Source of the DNA: Solirubrobacteraceae bacterium
GTDB taxonomy: Bacteria > Actinomycetota > Thermoleophilia > Solirubrobacterales > Solirubrobacteraceae
Length of the DNA stretch: 48,688 nt
Direction: 5' to 3'
NCBI GenBank assembly: GCA_017882425.1
Contig: JADGPM010000236.1
Span: 1 to 48,688, forward strand
The position numbers and the translations under genes were made by a program. This document shows, piece by piece, positions 32,876 to 42,246 of this stretch; position 1 is the stretch's first letter, and each line of letters begins with the position of its first letter. The notes below the pieces were generated by a model. That model saw only the letters and a program-made list of their open reading frames with translations, was not told the origin of the DNA and made no database searches.

Positions 32876-33640
32876 ATGCTAGCGTCAGTCGCCCTCATGC
32901 GCCCACCGGTGGACACCATCGTGGCGCCGTCGTTCCCGAAGGATCTGTCGTGGGTGAACGTCGCCCCGCTCCGCATGGAGAAGCAGGCGACGCGGCCCGT
33001 GCTCGTCGAGTTCTGGGACTTCTGCCGCCCCAGCTCGATGCGCACGCTGCCCTACGTGCGCGCCTGGCACGAGCGCTACGCCGACGCGGGCCTGCGCGTC
33101 ATCTCCGTCCACTGCCCCGGCTTCCCGCCCGGGCAGGACGAGGACGAGGTGCGCGCGGCCGTGGCCCGGCTCGGGATCGAGCACGCGGTCGCGATCGACA
33201 CGGGCTTCCTGCTCTGGCGCGCGTATGCGAACCCGGGCTGGCCGGCGCGCTACCTGTTCGCCCCGCGCCTGAAGCTCGTCGAGGTCCATCACGGCGAGGG
33301 CGACTATCCCGGGACCGAGCGGGCCATCCAGGAACTGCTGGGCGTCGAGCGTGATCTCGTCCCGCTCGTGCGGCCGGCCGACGACGACGACGCGCCGATC
33401 GTCGTGCCGACGGCCGATCGCGAGGGCGCCTACAGCGGGCACTACGAGGCCGGCGAGGTCTGGGTCGTCACCGGCGGCGCGGGCATCCTCGGGGTCAACG
33501 GACGCGACGTCCCGATCGAGCACGCGGGCGCGCATCTGCTGCTCGAGCACGCGCGCCACACCGCCGGTGTGCTCGAGCTCGAGCCCCGCGGCGGGCTCGA
33601 GGTCTACGCGACGACGTTCGCCGCGGGCATCGTGGCCTAG
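32876..33640 (+). CDS. thioredoxin-fold protein with C-terminal DipZ-like beta domain
   Basis: This is the last 254 aa of ORF 32153..33640, with start ATG 32876 or 32897. The motif VLVEFWDFCRPSS is a CxxS variant rather than CxxC. The C-terminal half is YSGHYEAGEVWVV...LELEP. Confidence 0.7.
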   Translation: MLASVALMRPPVDTIVAPSFPKDLSWVNVAPLRMEKQATRPVLVEFWDFCRPSSMRTLPYVRAWHERYADAGLRVISVHCPGFPPGQDEDEVRAAVARLGIEHAVAIDTGFLLWRAYANPGWPARYLFAPRLKLVEVHHGEGDYPGTERAIQELLGVERDLVPLVRPADDDDAPIVVPTADREGAYSGHYEAGEVWVVTGGAGILGVNGRDVPIEHAGAHLLLEHARHTAGVLELEPRGGLEVYATTFAAGIVA

Positions 33641-34734
33641 AACGAGTGGTCGGGGCGCGCGCCGAAGTCCTCGGTGACGCGCACGAGCCTCGGCGGTCCC
33701 TCGTCCTCGAGCAGCACGCCGCACCCGGGCCGGTACGGGCTGCGCGGGTCGGTCGTGTTGATGCGCGGCTCCTCCGTCCAGCAGCCGGCGTTCATGAGCT
33801 GCGTGTCCGTCCCCACGCGCCACTCCCCCGGGTCCATCCATGCCATCGGCCCCGCACAGTGCGTGTGGCCGAAGATCACGTGGGGCGCGGTGACGCCGAG
33901 CAGGTCGACCACGCCGCCCATGGCCGCGATCCCGGCGCGACGCAGTTCGTCGGAGTCGAGCTTCGCGCGCACGGGGCCCAGGCCGGCGAGGTTCAGCCCG
34001 GCGATCCCGAGCGGCAGCAGCGCGGCGAGCGCCTTGCCGCGCAGCGGGGCCCGCCCGTCGGCCGAGAGCAGCGACCAGGCCTTCGCGGTCGCCGCCCCGG
34101 TCACCCAGCGTCCTCCGGCCGCGCGTCCGTTCGCGATCTGGTCCAGCCACGCGTACATCGGCGCGAGCGCCGCCTCGAAGTCCTCGGCGACGGCGCGGCC
34201 GTCCTCGGGCAGGCGTCCGACGACGCGCGCCATGCCGCCGGCGGCGATCCGCTCGAACGTGGGGATCGTGATCAGCCGGTCGGCGTAGTGGCCGTGCGTC
34301 GCCCAGACGTCCTCGCGCAGCCAGATGCCGGGGTAGGCGACGGAGACCTGGCGCCCCAGCCAGCGCGCGACCGCCTCCATCGCCGGCGACGCGGACGCGT
34401 CGGTGCGCGTCTCGAGGCCCAGCGGCTCGGGCTCGGTCTCCGCCCCGCGGCGCGCGAGCCAGGAGCTGACGAGCGCGTAGTCGTGGTTGCCGGCGGTGAT
34501 CACGACCTCCGCCCCGCGCGGGAGCGCCGCGCCCATCGCCTCGAACACGGGGCGCGCAGCGCTGAGGGCCTCGCGCAGCGGTCCGTGGCGCAGTTCGAGC
34601 ACGTCGCCGAGCAGGACGAGCCGGTCGATCTCGCGCAGCCCGCTGCAGAGCGCGTCGAGCGGCTCGGGGCGGCGCAGGATGTCGACCGGGCGGCGCGAGC
34701 CCAGGTGCAGGTCGGAGATGACGAGGGTCCGCAT
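33637..34734 (-). CDS. metallophosphoesterase (calcineurin-like)
   Basis: In-frame ATG at 34734 (MRTLVISDLHLG). Motifs are LLGDVLE, TAGNHD, THGHY and FGHTHC. Confidence 0.85.
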   Translation of the reverse strand: MRTLVISDLHLGSRRPVDILRRPEPLDALCSGLREIDRLVLLGDVLELRHGPLREALSAARPVFEAMGAALPRGAEVVITAGNHDYALVSSWLARRGAETEPEPLGLETRTDASASPAMEAVARWLGRQVSVAYPGIWLREDVWATHGHYADRLITIPTFERIAAGGMARVVGRLPEDGRAVAEDFEAALAPMYAWLDQIANGRAAGGRWVTGAATAKAWSLLSADGRAPLRGKALAALLPLGIAGLNLAGLGPVRAKLDSDELRRAGIAAMGGVVDLLGVTAPHVIFGHTHCAGPMAWMDPGEWRVGTDTQLMNAGCWTEEPRINTTDPRSPYRPGCGVLLEDEGPPRLVRVTEDFGARPDHSF

Positions 34735-34748
34735 CGGGGAGCGCAGGG

Positions 34749-34754
34749 TAGCCT
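34749..34754 (+). promoter_or_regulatory. putative -10 box TAGCCT upstream of the CoA-transferase start
   Basis: TAGCCT-gccgggcg-ATG, 8 nt before the start at 34763. It overlaps a minus-strand TACCCT that faces the phosphoesterase gene. Confidence 0.35.
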
Positions 34755-34762
34755 GCCGGGCG

Positions 34763-35911
34763 ATGCCCCAGACCGCGCTCGACGGGCTGCTCGTCGCCGA
34801 CTTCACCCGCGTCCTCGCCGGACCGCTGTGCTCGCAGAACCTCGGCGACCTCGGCGCGGACGTCATCAAGGTCGAGCGCCCGGGGACCGGCGACGACACG
34901 CGCCAGTGGGGCCCGCCGTTCGTTGAGGAGGGCTCGACGTACTACCTCGGGCTCAATCGCAACAAGCGCTCGCTCGTGCTGGACCTGCGGGATCCGGGCG
35001 ACCAGACGCTCGCGCTCGAGCTGTGCGCCCGGGCGGACGTCGTGCTCGAGTCCTTCCGGCCGGGGACGATGGACCGCCTCGGCCTCGGCTACGACGCCGT
35101 GCGCGAGCTGAATCCTGGCGTCGTCTACACCTCGATCAGCGCGTTCGGCTCGGGCCCACGGACCCGCGAGCTGCCCGGCTACGACCTGCTCGTGGGGGCG
35201 ATGTGCGGCTACATGTCGATCACCGGCGAGCCGGACGGGCGCGCGCTGAAGCCCGGGACGGCGCTGATCGACATGCTGACGGGTCTCTACGCGACGATCG
35301 GCACGCTCGCCGCGCTGGAGGCCCGCGGGAACGCCGGTACGGGCCAGCTGGTCGAGGTCTCGCTGATGGACACCGGTCTGGCCGCGCTGCTGGGGCTCGC
35401 GTCCTCGTTCCTGAACACCGGGGAGGTCCCGCACCGCTCGGGCAACCGGCACCCGTCGATCGCGCCGTACGAGACCTTTGCGGCCGCCGACGGCGACCTC
35501 GCGATCGCCGGCGGCAACGACGCGATCTTCGGCCGGCTCTGCGCGGAGCTCGGCCGCCCGGAGCTGGCGCGCGACCCGCGCTTCACGACCAACGCGGCGC
35601 GCGTCGAGCATCGTGACGCGCTCGCCGCCGAGCTCGAGGCGGCGCTGGCGCCGCGGCCCGCCGCCGAGTGGGCCGAGCGGCTGAACGCCGCGGGCGTGCC
35701 GGCCGGCCCGGTCAACGACGTGGGCGAGGCGTTCGCGCTGGCCGAGGCGCTCGGCATCGAACCGGTGCTCGAGCTCGACGGCGTGCGCACGACGCGCTCC
35801 CCCCTGCGCCTCGGCGCCACGCCGACCCGGGGTCTGCGCCGCCCGCCGCGACTCGGCGAGCACGACGCGGAGCTGCGCGCCTGGCTCACCGGACCGGCGA
35901 GCGCTCCGTGA
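34763..35911 (+). CDS. CoA-transferase family III (CaiB/BaiF-like)
   Basis: In-frame ATG at 34763. Motifs are LLVADFTRVLAGP, DLGADVIKVERPGTGDDTR and ESFRPG. Confidence 0.9.
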   Translation: MPQTALDGLLVADFTRVLAGPLCSQNLGDLGADVIKVERPGTGDDTRQWGPPFVEEGSTYYLGLNRNKRSLVLDLRDPGDQTLALELCARADVVLESFRPGTMDRLGLGYDAVRELNPGVVYTSISAFGSGPRTRELPGYDLLVGAMCGYMSITGEPDGRALKPGTALIDMLTGLYATIGTLAALEARGNAGTGQLVEVSLMDTGLAALLGLASSFLNTGEVPHRSGNRHPSIAPYETFAAADGDLAIAGGNDAIFGRLCAELGRPELARDPRFTTNAARVEHRDALAAELEAALAPRPAAEWAERLNAAGVPAGPVNDVGEAFALAEALGIEPVLELDGVRTTRSPLRLGATPTRGLRRPPRLGEHDAELRAWLTGPASAP

Positions 35912-35992
35912 GGATGCGATCGGCGAGGCCGTGGCCGATGGCCTCCTCGGCCGTGAGGAGACGAGCGCCGGCTGGTCGAGCGGGAGGGGTGA

Positions 35993-36955
35993 TCAGGCGC
36001 TCTGGGCCGCGATCGCCTGGCGGATCGTCTTGGGGAGCATGAAGCGCACGTCCTCCTGGACGACTTCGAACTCCTCGACGTTCTGCGTGCCGCGGTCGCG
36101 GAAGGACTGCACGAGACGCTGTACCAGCTCCTCGGGCGCGCTGGCGCCGGACGTGATGCCGAGCGTCGTGACGCCGGCGAGCCAGTCGTCCTGCACCTGG
36201 GCCTCGTTGTCGATGAGGTAGGAGGCGGCGCCGTGCTCGCGTGCGACCTCGACGAGGCGGTTGGAGTTCGACGAGTTGCGCGAGCCGATCACGAGCACCA
36301 GCTCGCACAGCGGAGCGAGCTGCTTGACGGCGGCCTGGCGATTCGTCGTGGCGTAGCAGATGTCGTCGGTGCGCGGCCCGGTGATGCTGGGGAAGCGCTC
36401 GCGCAGGCGGTTGATGATCGCGCGCGTCTCGTCGACCGAGAGCGTCGTCTGCGAGATGTACGCGAGCTTCTCGGGGTCGGCCACCTCGAGCGCGTCGACG
36501 TCCTCGACGGTCTCCACGAGCACGATCGACTCCGGCGCCTCGCCCATCGTGCCCTCGACCTCCTCGTGACCGTCATGGCCGATGAGCACGATCGTGTAGC
36601 CCTCGCCGGCGAACTTCACGGCCTCGCGATGGACCTTCGTGACCAGCGGGCAGGTCGCGTCGATCGTCTGCAGCCCACGGCGCTCGGCCTCGGACTGGAC
36701 CGCCGGCGAGACGCCGTGGGCGGAGAAGACCGTCATCGCGCCCTCGGGGATCGAGTCGTCGAGCTCCTCGACGAAGATCGCGCCGCGCTCGCGCAGCTGC
36801 TCGACGACGTGCTTGTTGTGCACGATCTCCTTGCGCACGTACACGGGCGCGCCGTAGAGCGTGAGCGCGCGCTCGACCGTCTGCACGGCGCGGTCGACGC
36901 CCGCGCAGTAGCCGCGCGGCGCCGCCAGCAGGATCTTCTCAGGGGCGTTCGGCAT
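35993..36955 (-). CDS. ispH: 4-hydroxy-3-methylbut-2-enyl diphosphate reductase
   Basis: 320 aa with the three cluster cysteines (RGYCAGV, DATCPLV, DDICYATTNRQ), plus SAHG and GSRNSSNSNRL. Confidence 0.95.
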   Translation of the reverse strand: MPNAPEKILLAAPRGYCAGVDRAVQTVERALTLYGAPVYVRKEIVHNKHVVEQLRERGAIFVEELDDSIPEGAMTVFSAHGVSPAVQSEAERRGLQTIDATCPLVTKVHREAVKFAGEGYTIVLIGHDGHEEVEGTMGEAPESIVLVETVEDVDALEVADPEKLAYISQTTLSVDETRAIINRLRERFPSITGPRTDDICYATTNRQAAVKQLAPLCELVLVIGSRNSSNSNRLVEVAREHGAASYLIDNEAQVQDDWLAGVTTLGITSGASAPEELVQRLVQSFRDRGTQNVEEFEVVQEDVRFMLPKTIRQAIAAQSA

Positions 36956-38336
36956 CGGCCTCGAGTGTACGAGCCGTCTCCTCGATCGCCGCCGCCACCT
37001 GCCGGCACGACCAGCGGTAGAGCTCCGGCTCCATGCTCAGCGCCGGCTGCATCCGGTAGACCCACTTGGCCTCCTCGCTGATCGCGACGACGCCGCGCAG
37101 GACCGCCGCGCGGTGGACGGCGGCCTGGAAGGCGGGGTTCGGCGCGATCGTCAGCGGATCGGTCACGAACTCGATCGCCGCCCACGCGCCGATGGCACGG
37201 ACGTCGCCGACCTCGGGCACGTGGCCCTTGAGCGGCTCGAGCTCTGCGCGCGCGATCTGCTCCAGCTCGGCGACGTTCTCGAGGATCCCGTCGCGGGCCA
37301 GGATGTCCAGCCCGGCGATCGCGCCCGCACAGGCCGCGGGCTCCCAGGCGTAGGTCCCGCCCAGATGGGTGCCGGACGCCGCCAGGACCGCCTCCGTCGC
37401 CATGATCGCGGCGATCGGCTGTCCGCCCGCGGCGATCGACTTGCCGAGGAGCAGGATGTCCGGTCGCAGCCCCCAGAGGTCGCCGGCCCAGATCGGGCCG
37501 CAGCGACCGAGGCAGGTCTGGACCTCGTCGCAGATCAGCAGCCATCCGTGCTCGCGACACAGGCGCGTGAGCCCCTCCCAGAAGTCCTGCGAGGGAACCA
37601 GGATCCCGGCCTCGCCCGCGACCGGCTCGATCAGCACGCCGGCGATCTGCGACGGCTCGACCTGGTGGCGCAGCAGCCAGTCCTCGATGAACTCGATGTA
37701 GAGCGTCTCGTCGTGCGGCCCCGGCCCGCGATGGAACGGCGCCCGGAAGCGGTTCGGATAGGGCGCGAACACGAAGCCCGGCACGTACTGCGCGTTGGCC
37801 GAGGTGTTGTCCGGGCGGTCCGTCGAGCTCGCCGCCGTGAGATAGGTCGACTCGCCGTGGTACTGCCCGAGGAACGACAGGATGATCGGCCGCCCCGTGG
37901 CCTCGCGGGCGAGCTTCACGGCGCCCTCGACCGCCTCGGTCCCGGTCACCGTCGGGGCGACGCGGGTGATGCCCTCGGGTGCGAGCTCGATCAGCCGCTC
38001 TGCGAGCTCGAGCACGGGCTCGCTCTGCACGTAGTTCGTGATCTCCATGCCATACCGGTCCCAGGCCCGGCTCATCGCGTCACGCACCGGACCGGGGTGC
38101 GCACCGTACGGCGCCGCTCCCCAGGCCGAGACGTGGTCGGCGAACGTGTTGCCGTCGACGTCCTCCAGGATGTGGCCACGTTTCCGGCCCAGCACGAACG
38201 GCACGTCGTCACCCCCGCGCAGGGCGCCGTTCAGCACCCGATCGAGCCCCGACAGGAGCTCGCGCGAGCGCGGACCCGGCAGCTCGCGCGCCCCCGACGG
38301 GATCGTGATGCCTGCTGCTGGAGGATCCGCCGACAC
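36939..38336 (-). CDS. class III (omega-type) PLP aminotransferase
   Basis: 465 aa with TGTEAVEGAVKLAR, LICDEVQTCLGRCG and LLLGKSIAAG (PLP Lys). The stop overlaps the ispH start by 17 nt. Confidence 0.85.
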   Translation of the reverse strand: MSADPPAAGITIPSGARELPGPRSRELLSGLDRVLNGALRGGDDVPFVLGRKRGHILEDVDGNTFADHVSAWGAAPYGAHPGPVRDAMSRAWDRYGMEITNYVQSEPVLELAERLIELAPEGITRVAPTVTGTEAVEGAVKLAREATGRPIILSFLGQYHGESTYLTAASSTDRPDNTSANAQYVPGFVFAPYPNRFRAPFHRGPGPHDETLYIEFIEDWLLRHQVEPSQIAGVLIEPVAGEAGILVPSQDFWEGLTRLCREHGWLLICDEVQTCLGRCGPIWAGDLWGLRPDILLLGKSIAAGGQPIAAIMATEAVLAASGTHLGGTYAWEPAACAGAIAGLDILARDGILENVAELEQIARAELEPLKGHVPEVGDVRAIGAWAAIEFVTDPLTIAPNPAFQAAVHRAAVLRGVVAISEEAKWVYRMQPALSMEPELYRWSCRQVAAAIEETARTLEADAERP

Positions 38337-38370
38337 GCGGCGGCCAAGACTACCGTCGGGCGAGCGGGGA

Positions 38371-39276
38371 TCAGCGCCGCGCCCGCTCGCGGCGCAGCAG
38401 CTCCATGACCGTCTCTCCCGCCGCGTCGATGCTGCGCGCCGAGAGCTTGTCGAGCGTGTCGCAGGTGCGCTGCCAGCACGGGTAGTCGAAGTCGATCAGG
38501 TCGATCGACGGGATCCCGCGGTCGCGGAACGGGATGTGGTCGTCGAGGATCGGGCCCTGCGTGCCGGCCGGGAACACCGCGCCGACCCCGACGGCAGCGG
38601 CCGCCCTGCGCAGGCGCGACCACAGCGCCGCGTCGCTGTTCCCCTCGCGCCGGATGCGCAGGCCGTGCTGGCCGACGAAGTCCAGGACGATCACCTCGCG
38701 CGCGATGCGCCCGAGCGGGCCCGCTGCCGCGGCCCTGGAGCCGCGCAGCCCGTCCGCGGCGAAGTCCTTCGGCGGATAGTCGGGCGCCTCCTCGCCGTCG
38801 GTCAGCAGGAACACGACCGGCGCCGCCGAGCGCGAGGCGTGCAGCCGGCGCGCGAGCTCGACGACCGCCCCGACGGCCGCGGCGGAGTTGTTGGCGCCGA
38901 CGTAGCCGACGACCGGCGTCGTGTCGTAGTGCGCGATCACCACGATCGGCCTGCCGTGCCCGGCGACCTCGCCGACGACGTTGCGCAGCCCCGGACGGCC
39001 CGGAAGCGGGGCCAGCCGCCCGCGCGGCAGCAGCGGGCGGAGCATCTCGGCCGCGGCCTGCGCCGTGCGCGAGCCCGCCGGGCGCGGGCCCAGCGCGACG
39101 AGCCGGCGCGCCGTCGCGAGCGCGCGATCGCCGTCGAACCGATCGGTGGTGGCCGCGGGCACCGGCACGGCGTCAGCCGCGCCGCGAGCGTGCGCGGGCT
39201 GCGCGTCAGCCGACGGCGGCCGGTCGCCGATGAACGGCCAGCCCGCGACGGCGAAGTAGATGACCACCCCCGCCAC
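38371..39276 (-). CDS. M28 family metallopeptidase / glutaminyl-cyclase-like
   Basis: Motifs IAHYDT, FLLTDGEEAP and LDDHIPF. The frame is open upstream of GTG 39276 as far as the TGA at 39355-39357. It encodes ARRHLSVRLLVIALTAQFL, the missing front of a signal anchor, with no canonical start codon. Confidence 0.8.
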   Translation of the reverse strand: MAGVVIYFAVAGWPFIGDRPPSADAQPAHARGAADAVPVPAATTDRFDGDRALATARRLVALGPRPAGSRTAQAAAEMLRPLLPRGRLAPLPGRPGLRNVVGEVAGHGRPIVVIAHYDTTPVVGYVGANNSAAAVGAVVELARRLHASRSAAPVVFLLTDGEEAPDYPPKDFAADGLRGSRAAAAGPLGRIAREVIVLDFVGQHGLRIRREGNSDAALWSRLRRAAAAVGVGAVFPAGTQGPILDDHIPFRDRGIPSIDLIDFDYPCWQRTCDTLDKLSARSIDAAGETVMELLRRERARR

Positions 39277-39340
39277 GAGGAACTGGGCGGTCAGCGCGAT
39301 GACCAGGAGCCGGACCGAGAGGTGCCGGCGGGCGCCCCCG

Positions 39341-40639
39341 TCAGTCGTTTGCCGTCACCACCTCGAGGATCTCCGCGAACTTGCGCCGCGCATCGGCGCG
39401 GCGCGTCGGGACGTGTTCGCTGGGCACCCCGTCGGCGGGCGGCTCGTACCCGCGCAGGATCCGCCGCGCGACGCTCTCGCGATGCACCTCGTCGGGGCCG
39501 TCGTAGAACCGGGCGCCACGCGCCATGCGATACATCGCCTCGAGCGGCATGTCCGTGGAGTAGCCCAGCGAGCCGTGGATCTGCAGCGCCCGGTCGATCA
39601 CGTCGTGCAGCACCCCGGCGCCGTAGAACTTGATCAGCGAGACGTCGGCGCGCGCCGCGGACGCGCCCTGGGTGTCCATCTTCCACGCCGCGTGCAGCGT
39701 CATCAGCCGCGCCGCCTGCATCTGGGCCGCCGAGTCGGCGATCCAGTTCTGCACCGACTGCTTCTCGGACAGCGTCGAGCCGAAGGCGAACCGGTGGGTG
39801 GCGTATTCGCAGAGCATGTCGAAGGCGCGCGCCGAGACGCCCAGCCAGCGCATGCAGTGGTGGATCCGGCCCGGGACGAGCCGGTGCTGGGCGATGAGGA
39901 ACCCGTCCCCCTCGCCGCCGAGCAGGTTCGCGGCCGGGACGCGCACGTCCTCGTAGCGGATCTCCGCGTGGCCGCCGAGCCTGCCGAAGCTCTCCTGCGG
40001 GTGCTCCATCGTCGCGACGTCGCGCACGATGTTTACCCCCGCCGTGTCGGTCGGGACGATGATCATCGACGCGCGCTGATGTGCGCGCGCATCGGGGTCC
40101 GTCACCGCCATGACGATCAGGAAGTCGGCGATCGACGCGTTGCTGGAGAACCACTTGTGGCCGTTGATGACCCACTCGTCGCCGTCGCGGACCGCCCTGG
40201 TGCGCAGCAGCGTCGGGTCCGACCCGGCGTTGGGCTCGGTCATCGAGAAGGCCGACTTCAGGTCACCGTTCAGCAGCGGGTGCAGCCAGCGCTCCTTCTG
40301 CTCGGGCGTGCCCGCGAGCGCGAGGATCTCGCTGTTGCCGGAGTCCGGCGCCTGGTTGCCGAAGGCGTTCGGCGCGAACGGCGAGCTGCCGAGGATCTCG
40401 TGCATCAGGCCGAGCTTGACCTGCCCGAAGCCCTGCCCGCCGAGCTCGGGATCGAGGTGCGCGGCCCACAGCCCGCGCGCCTTGACCTGCTCCTGGAGCG
40501 GCCGGTAGATGCGTTCGAGCTGCTGCCGGTCGAGGTCCTCGTAGATCGTCTCGATCGGCCAGATCTCCTCGCGCACGAACTGTCGCATCCATGCGAGCTG
40601 CTCTTCGAACTCGGGCTCGGTCGAGAAATCCCATGCCAT
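39341..40639 (-). CDS. acyl-CoA dehydrogenase
   Basis: In-frame ATG at 40639 (MAWDFSTEPEF) with a GGAGG SD. Motifs are FSMTEPNAGSD and IHGSLGYSTDMPLE. Confidence 0.9.
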   Translation of the reverse strand: MAWDFSTEPEFEEQLAWMRQFVREEIWPIETIYEDLDRQQLERIYRPLQEQVKARGLWAAHLDPELGGQGFGQVKLGLMHEILGSSPFAPNAFGNQAPDSGNSEILALAGTPEQKERWLHPLLNGDLKSAFSMTEPNAGSDPTLLRTRAVRDGDEWVINGHKWFSSNASIADFLIVMAVTDPDARAHQRASMIIVPTDTAGVNIVRDVATMEHPQESFGRLGGHAEIRYEDVRVPAANLLGGEGDGFLIAQHRLVPGRIHHCMRWLGVSARAFDMLCEYATHRFAFGSTLSEKQSVQNWIADSAAQMQAARLMTLHAAWKMDTQGASAARADVSLIKFYGAGVLHDVIDRALQIHGSLGYSTDMPLEAMYRMARGARFYDGPDEVHRESVARRILRGYEPPADGVPSEHVPTRRADARRKFAEILEVVTAND

Positions 40640-40710
40640 CGCGGTGCCTCCGGCGCTTCGTCGGTGTCGCGTGATCTTCGCAGGGTCTCGCCGCCGCAAG
40701 CGACCCGCGT

Positions 40711-40716
40711 TAGTGT
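40711..40716 (+). promoter_or_regulatory. putative -10 box TAGTGT positioned for a leaderless WS/DGAT mRNA
   Basis: TAGTGT-cccccc-ATG, 6 nt before the start at 40723, with no SD. Confidence 0.4.
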
Positions 40717-40722
40717 CCCCCC

Positions 40723-42246
40723 ATGGCTCAGGAGCACTTCGACCGGCTCACCGCGATCGACGCGTCCTTCCTCGTGCAGGAGGGGCCGGCATCGCACATG
40801 CACGTCGGCGCGGTCGCGATCTTCGAGGGGCCCACGGCACCGTTCGACGACTTCCTCGATCAGATCCGCGAGCGCCTGCACCTCGTCCCGCGCTATCGCC
40901 AGAAGCTGAGCTTCCCGCCGATCGAGAGCGGGCGCCCGGTCTGGGTCGACGACCCGAGCTTCAACCTCGAGTACCACGTGCGCCAGACAGCGCTGCCGCG
41001 CCCGGGCAGCGAGGAGCAGCTCTTCAACCTCACCTCGCGGATCTTCTCGCAGCAACTCGACCGCTCGAAGCCGCTGTGGGAGATCTGGCTCATCGAAGGC
41101 CTGAGCGAGGGCCGCTGGGCGCTGGTCACCAAGACCCACCACGCGGTGATCGACGGGATCTCGGGCGTCGACCTGGCGACCGTCCTGTTCGACCTCTCGC
41201 CCGAGGGCACCGTGATCGAGCACCCAAACGAGCCGTGGGAGCCCGCGGCCGAGCCCACGACGGCGGAGCTCATCGCCTCCGGCGCGGTCGGCGTCGCGCG
41301 GACGGTCGTCGACGGCGCGCGACGCCTGACGCGCCTGGCCGCGCGCCCGTCCGAGGTCCTGGCCGAGGTCCGCGAGGGCCTGGAGGGCGTCGGGGAGATC
41401 GCCTGGGCGGGACTGAACCCGGCGCCGGAGACGCCGCTCAACGTCGAGATCGGCCCGCACCGGCGCCTGCGCGTCGTGCGCGCGGACCTGGCGGACTTCA
41501 AGCTCGTCAAGAACACCCTGGGCGGCACGGTCAACGATGTCGTCCTGACGGTCGTCAGCGGCGCGCTGCGGGACTGGCTGCGCTCGCGCGGAGTGCGCAC
41601 CGAGGGGCTGGAGCTGCGCGCACTCGTCCCCGTGTCGATCCGCGCCCAGGACGAGCATCACGAGCTCGGCAACCGCATCGCCGCGATGCGCGGCCCGCTG
41701 CCGGTGTACGTCGATGACCCGGTCGCGCGCCTGCGCGTCGTGCGCCAATCGATGGACGGCCTGAAGGAGTCCAAGCAGGCGATCGGCGCCGAGGTCATCG
41801 CCGGGGCCCAGAACTTCGCCCCGCCGACGATCCTGGCCCAGGCCTCGCGCCTGAACTTCTCGACAAGGCTCTTCAACCTGATCGTGACGAACGTCCCCGG
41901 GCCGCAGTTCCCGCTCTACGTCGCCGGACGCCGCGCGCTGGACGTCTTCCCCGTCGCCTTCCTGCCGAAGAACCACGCGCTCGCGATCGCGATCATGAGC
42001 TACGACGGCCAGCTGAACTTCGGCCTGCTCGGGGACTACGACGCGCTGCCCGACATCGACGCGATCGCCGGCGGCCTCGAGGACTCGATCGCGGAGCTCG
42101 TCGCGATCGCCCACGAGGCGACCGCGGAGGCCGCACGCGTCAACGGCGGCGCGAGCGGGCACCTGCACGCCGCGCCCGAGCCGGGCACGGGCGCGAAGGC
42201 CGGGCAGCGGACGAAGACCCGCTCCCAGATGCGCGACCCCATCTAG
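40723..42246 (+). CDS. wax ester synthase / diacylglycerol acyltransferase (WS/DGAT)
   Basis: 507 aa with the catalytic motif HHAVIDGISG, plus PLWEIWLIEGL and NVPGP. Confidence 0.9.
   Translation: MAQEHFDRLTAIDASFLVQEGPASHMHVGAVAIFEGPTAPFDDFLDQIRERLHLVPRYRQKLSFPPIESGRPVWVDDPSFNLEYHVRQTALPRPGSEEQLFNLTSRIFSQQLDRSKPLWEIWLIEGLSEGRWALVTKTHHAVIDGISGVDLATVLFDLSPEGTVIEHPNEPWEPAAEPTTAELIASGAVGVARTVVDGARRLTRLAARPSEVLAEVREGLEGVGEIAWAGLNPAPETPLNVEIGPHRRLRVVRADLADFKLVKNTLGGTVNDVVLTVVSGALRDWLRSRGVRTEGLELRALVPVSIRAQDEHHELGNRIAAMRGPLPVYVDDPVARLRVVRQSMDGLKESKQAIGAEVIAGAQNFAPPTILAQASRLNFSTRLFNLIVTNVPGPQFPLYVAGRRALDVFPVAFLPKNHALAIAIMSYDGQLNFGLLGDYDALPDIDAIAGGLEDSIAELVAIAHEATAEAARVNGGASGHLHAAPEPGTGAKAGQRTKTRSQMRDPI

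Noticed and set aside
35886-35992. C-terminal tail ...RLLTAEEAIGHGLADRILTERSPVR of minus-strand ORF 35886..36308, resembling the end of ClpP or crotonase-family proteins. This raised the possibility of a gene remnant between the CoA-transferase gene and ispH.
   Set aside because: Only about 20 residues look protein-like. The rest of the ORF is junk overlapping ispH, and the segment overlaps the CoA-transferase 3' end. This is too short to distinguish from chance.
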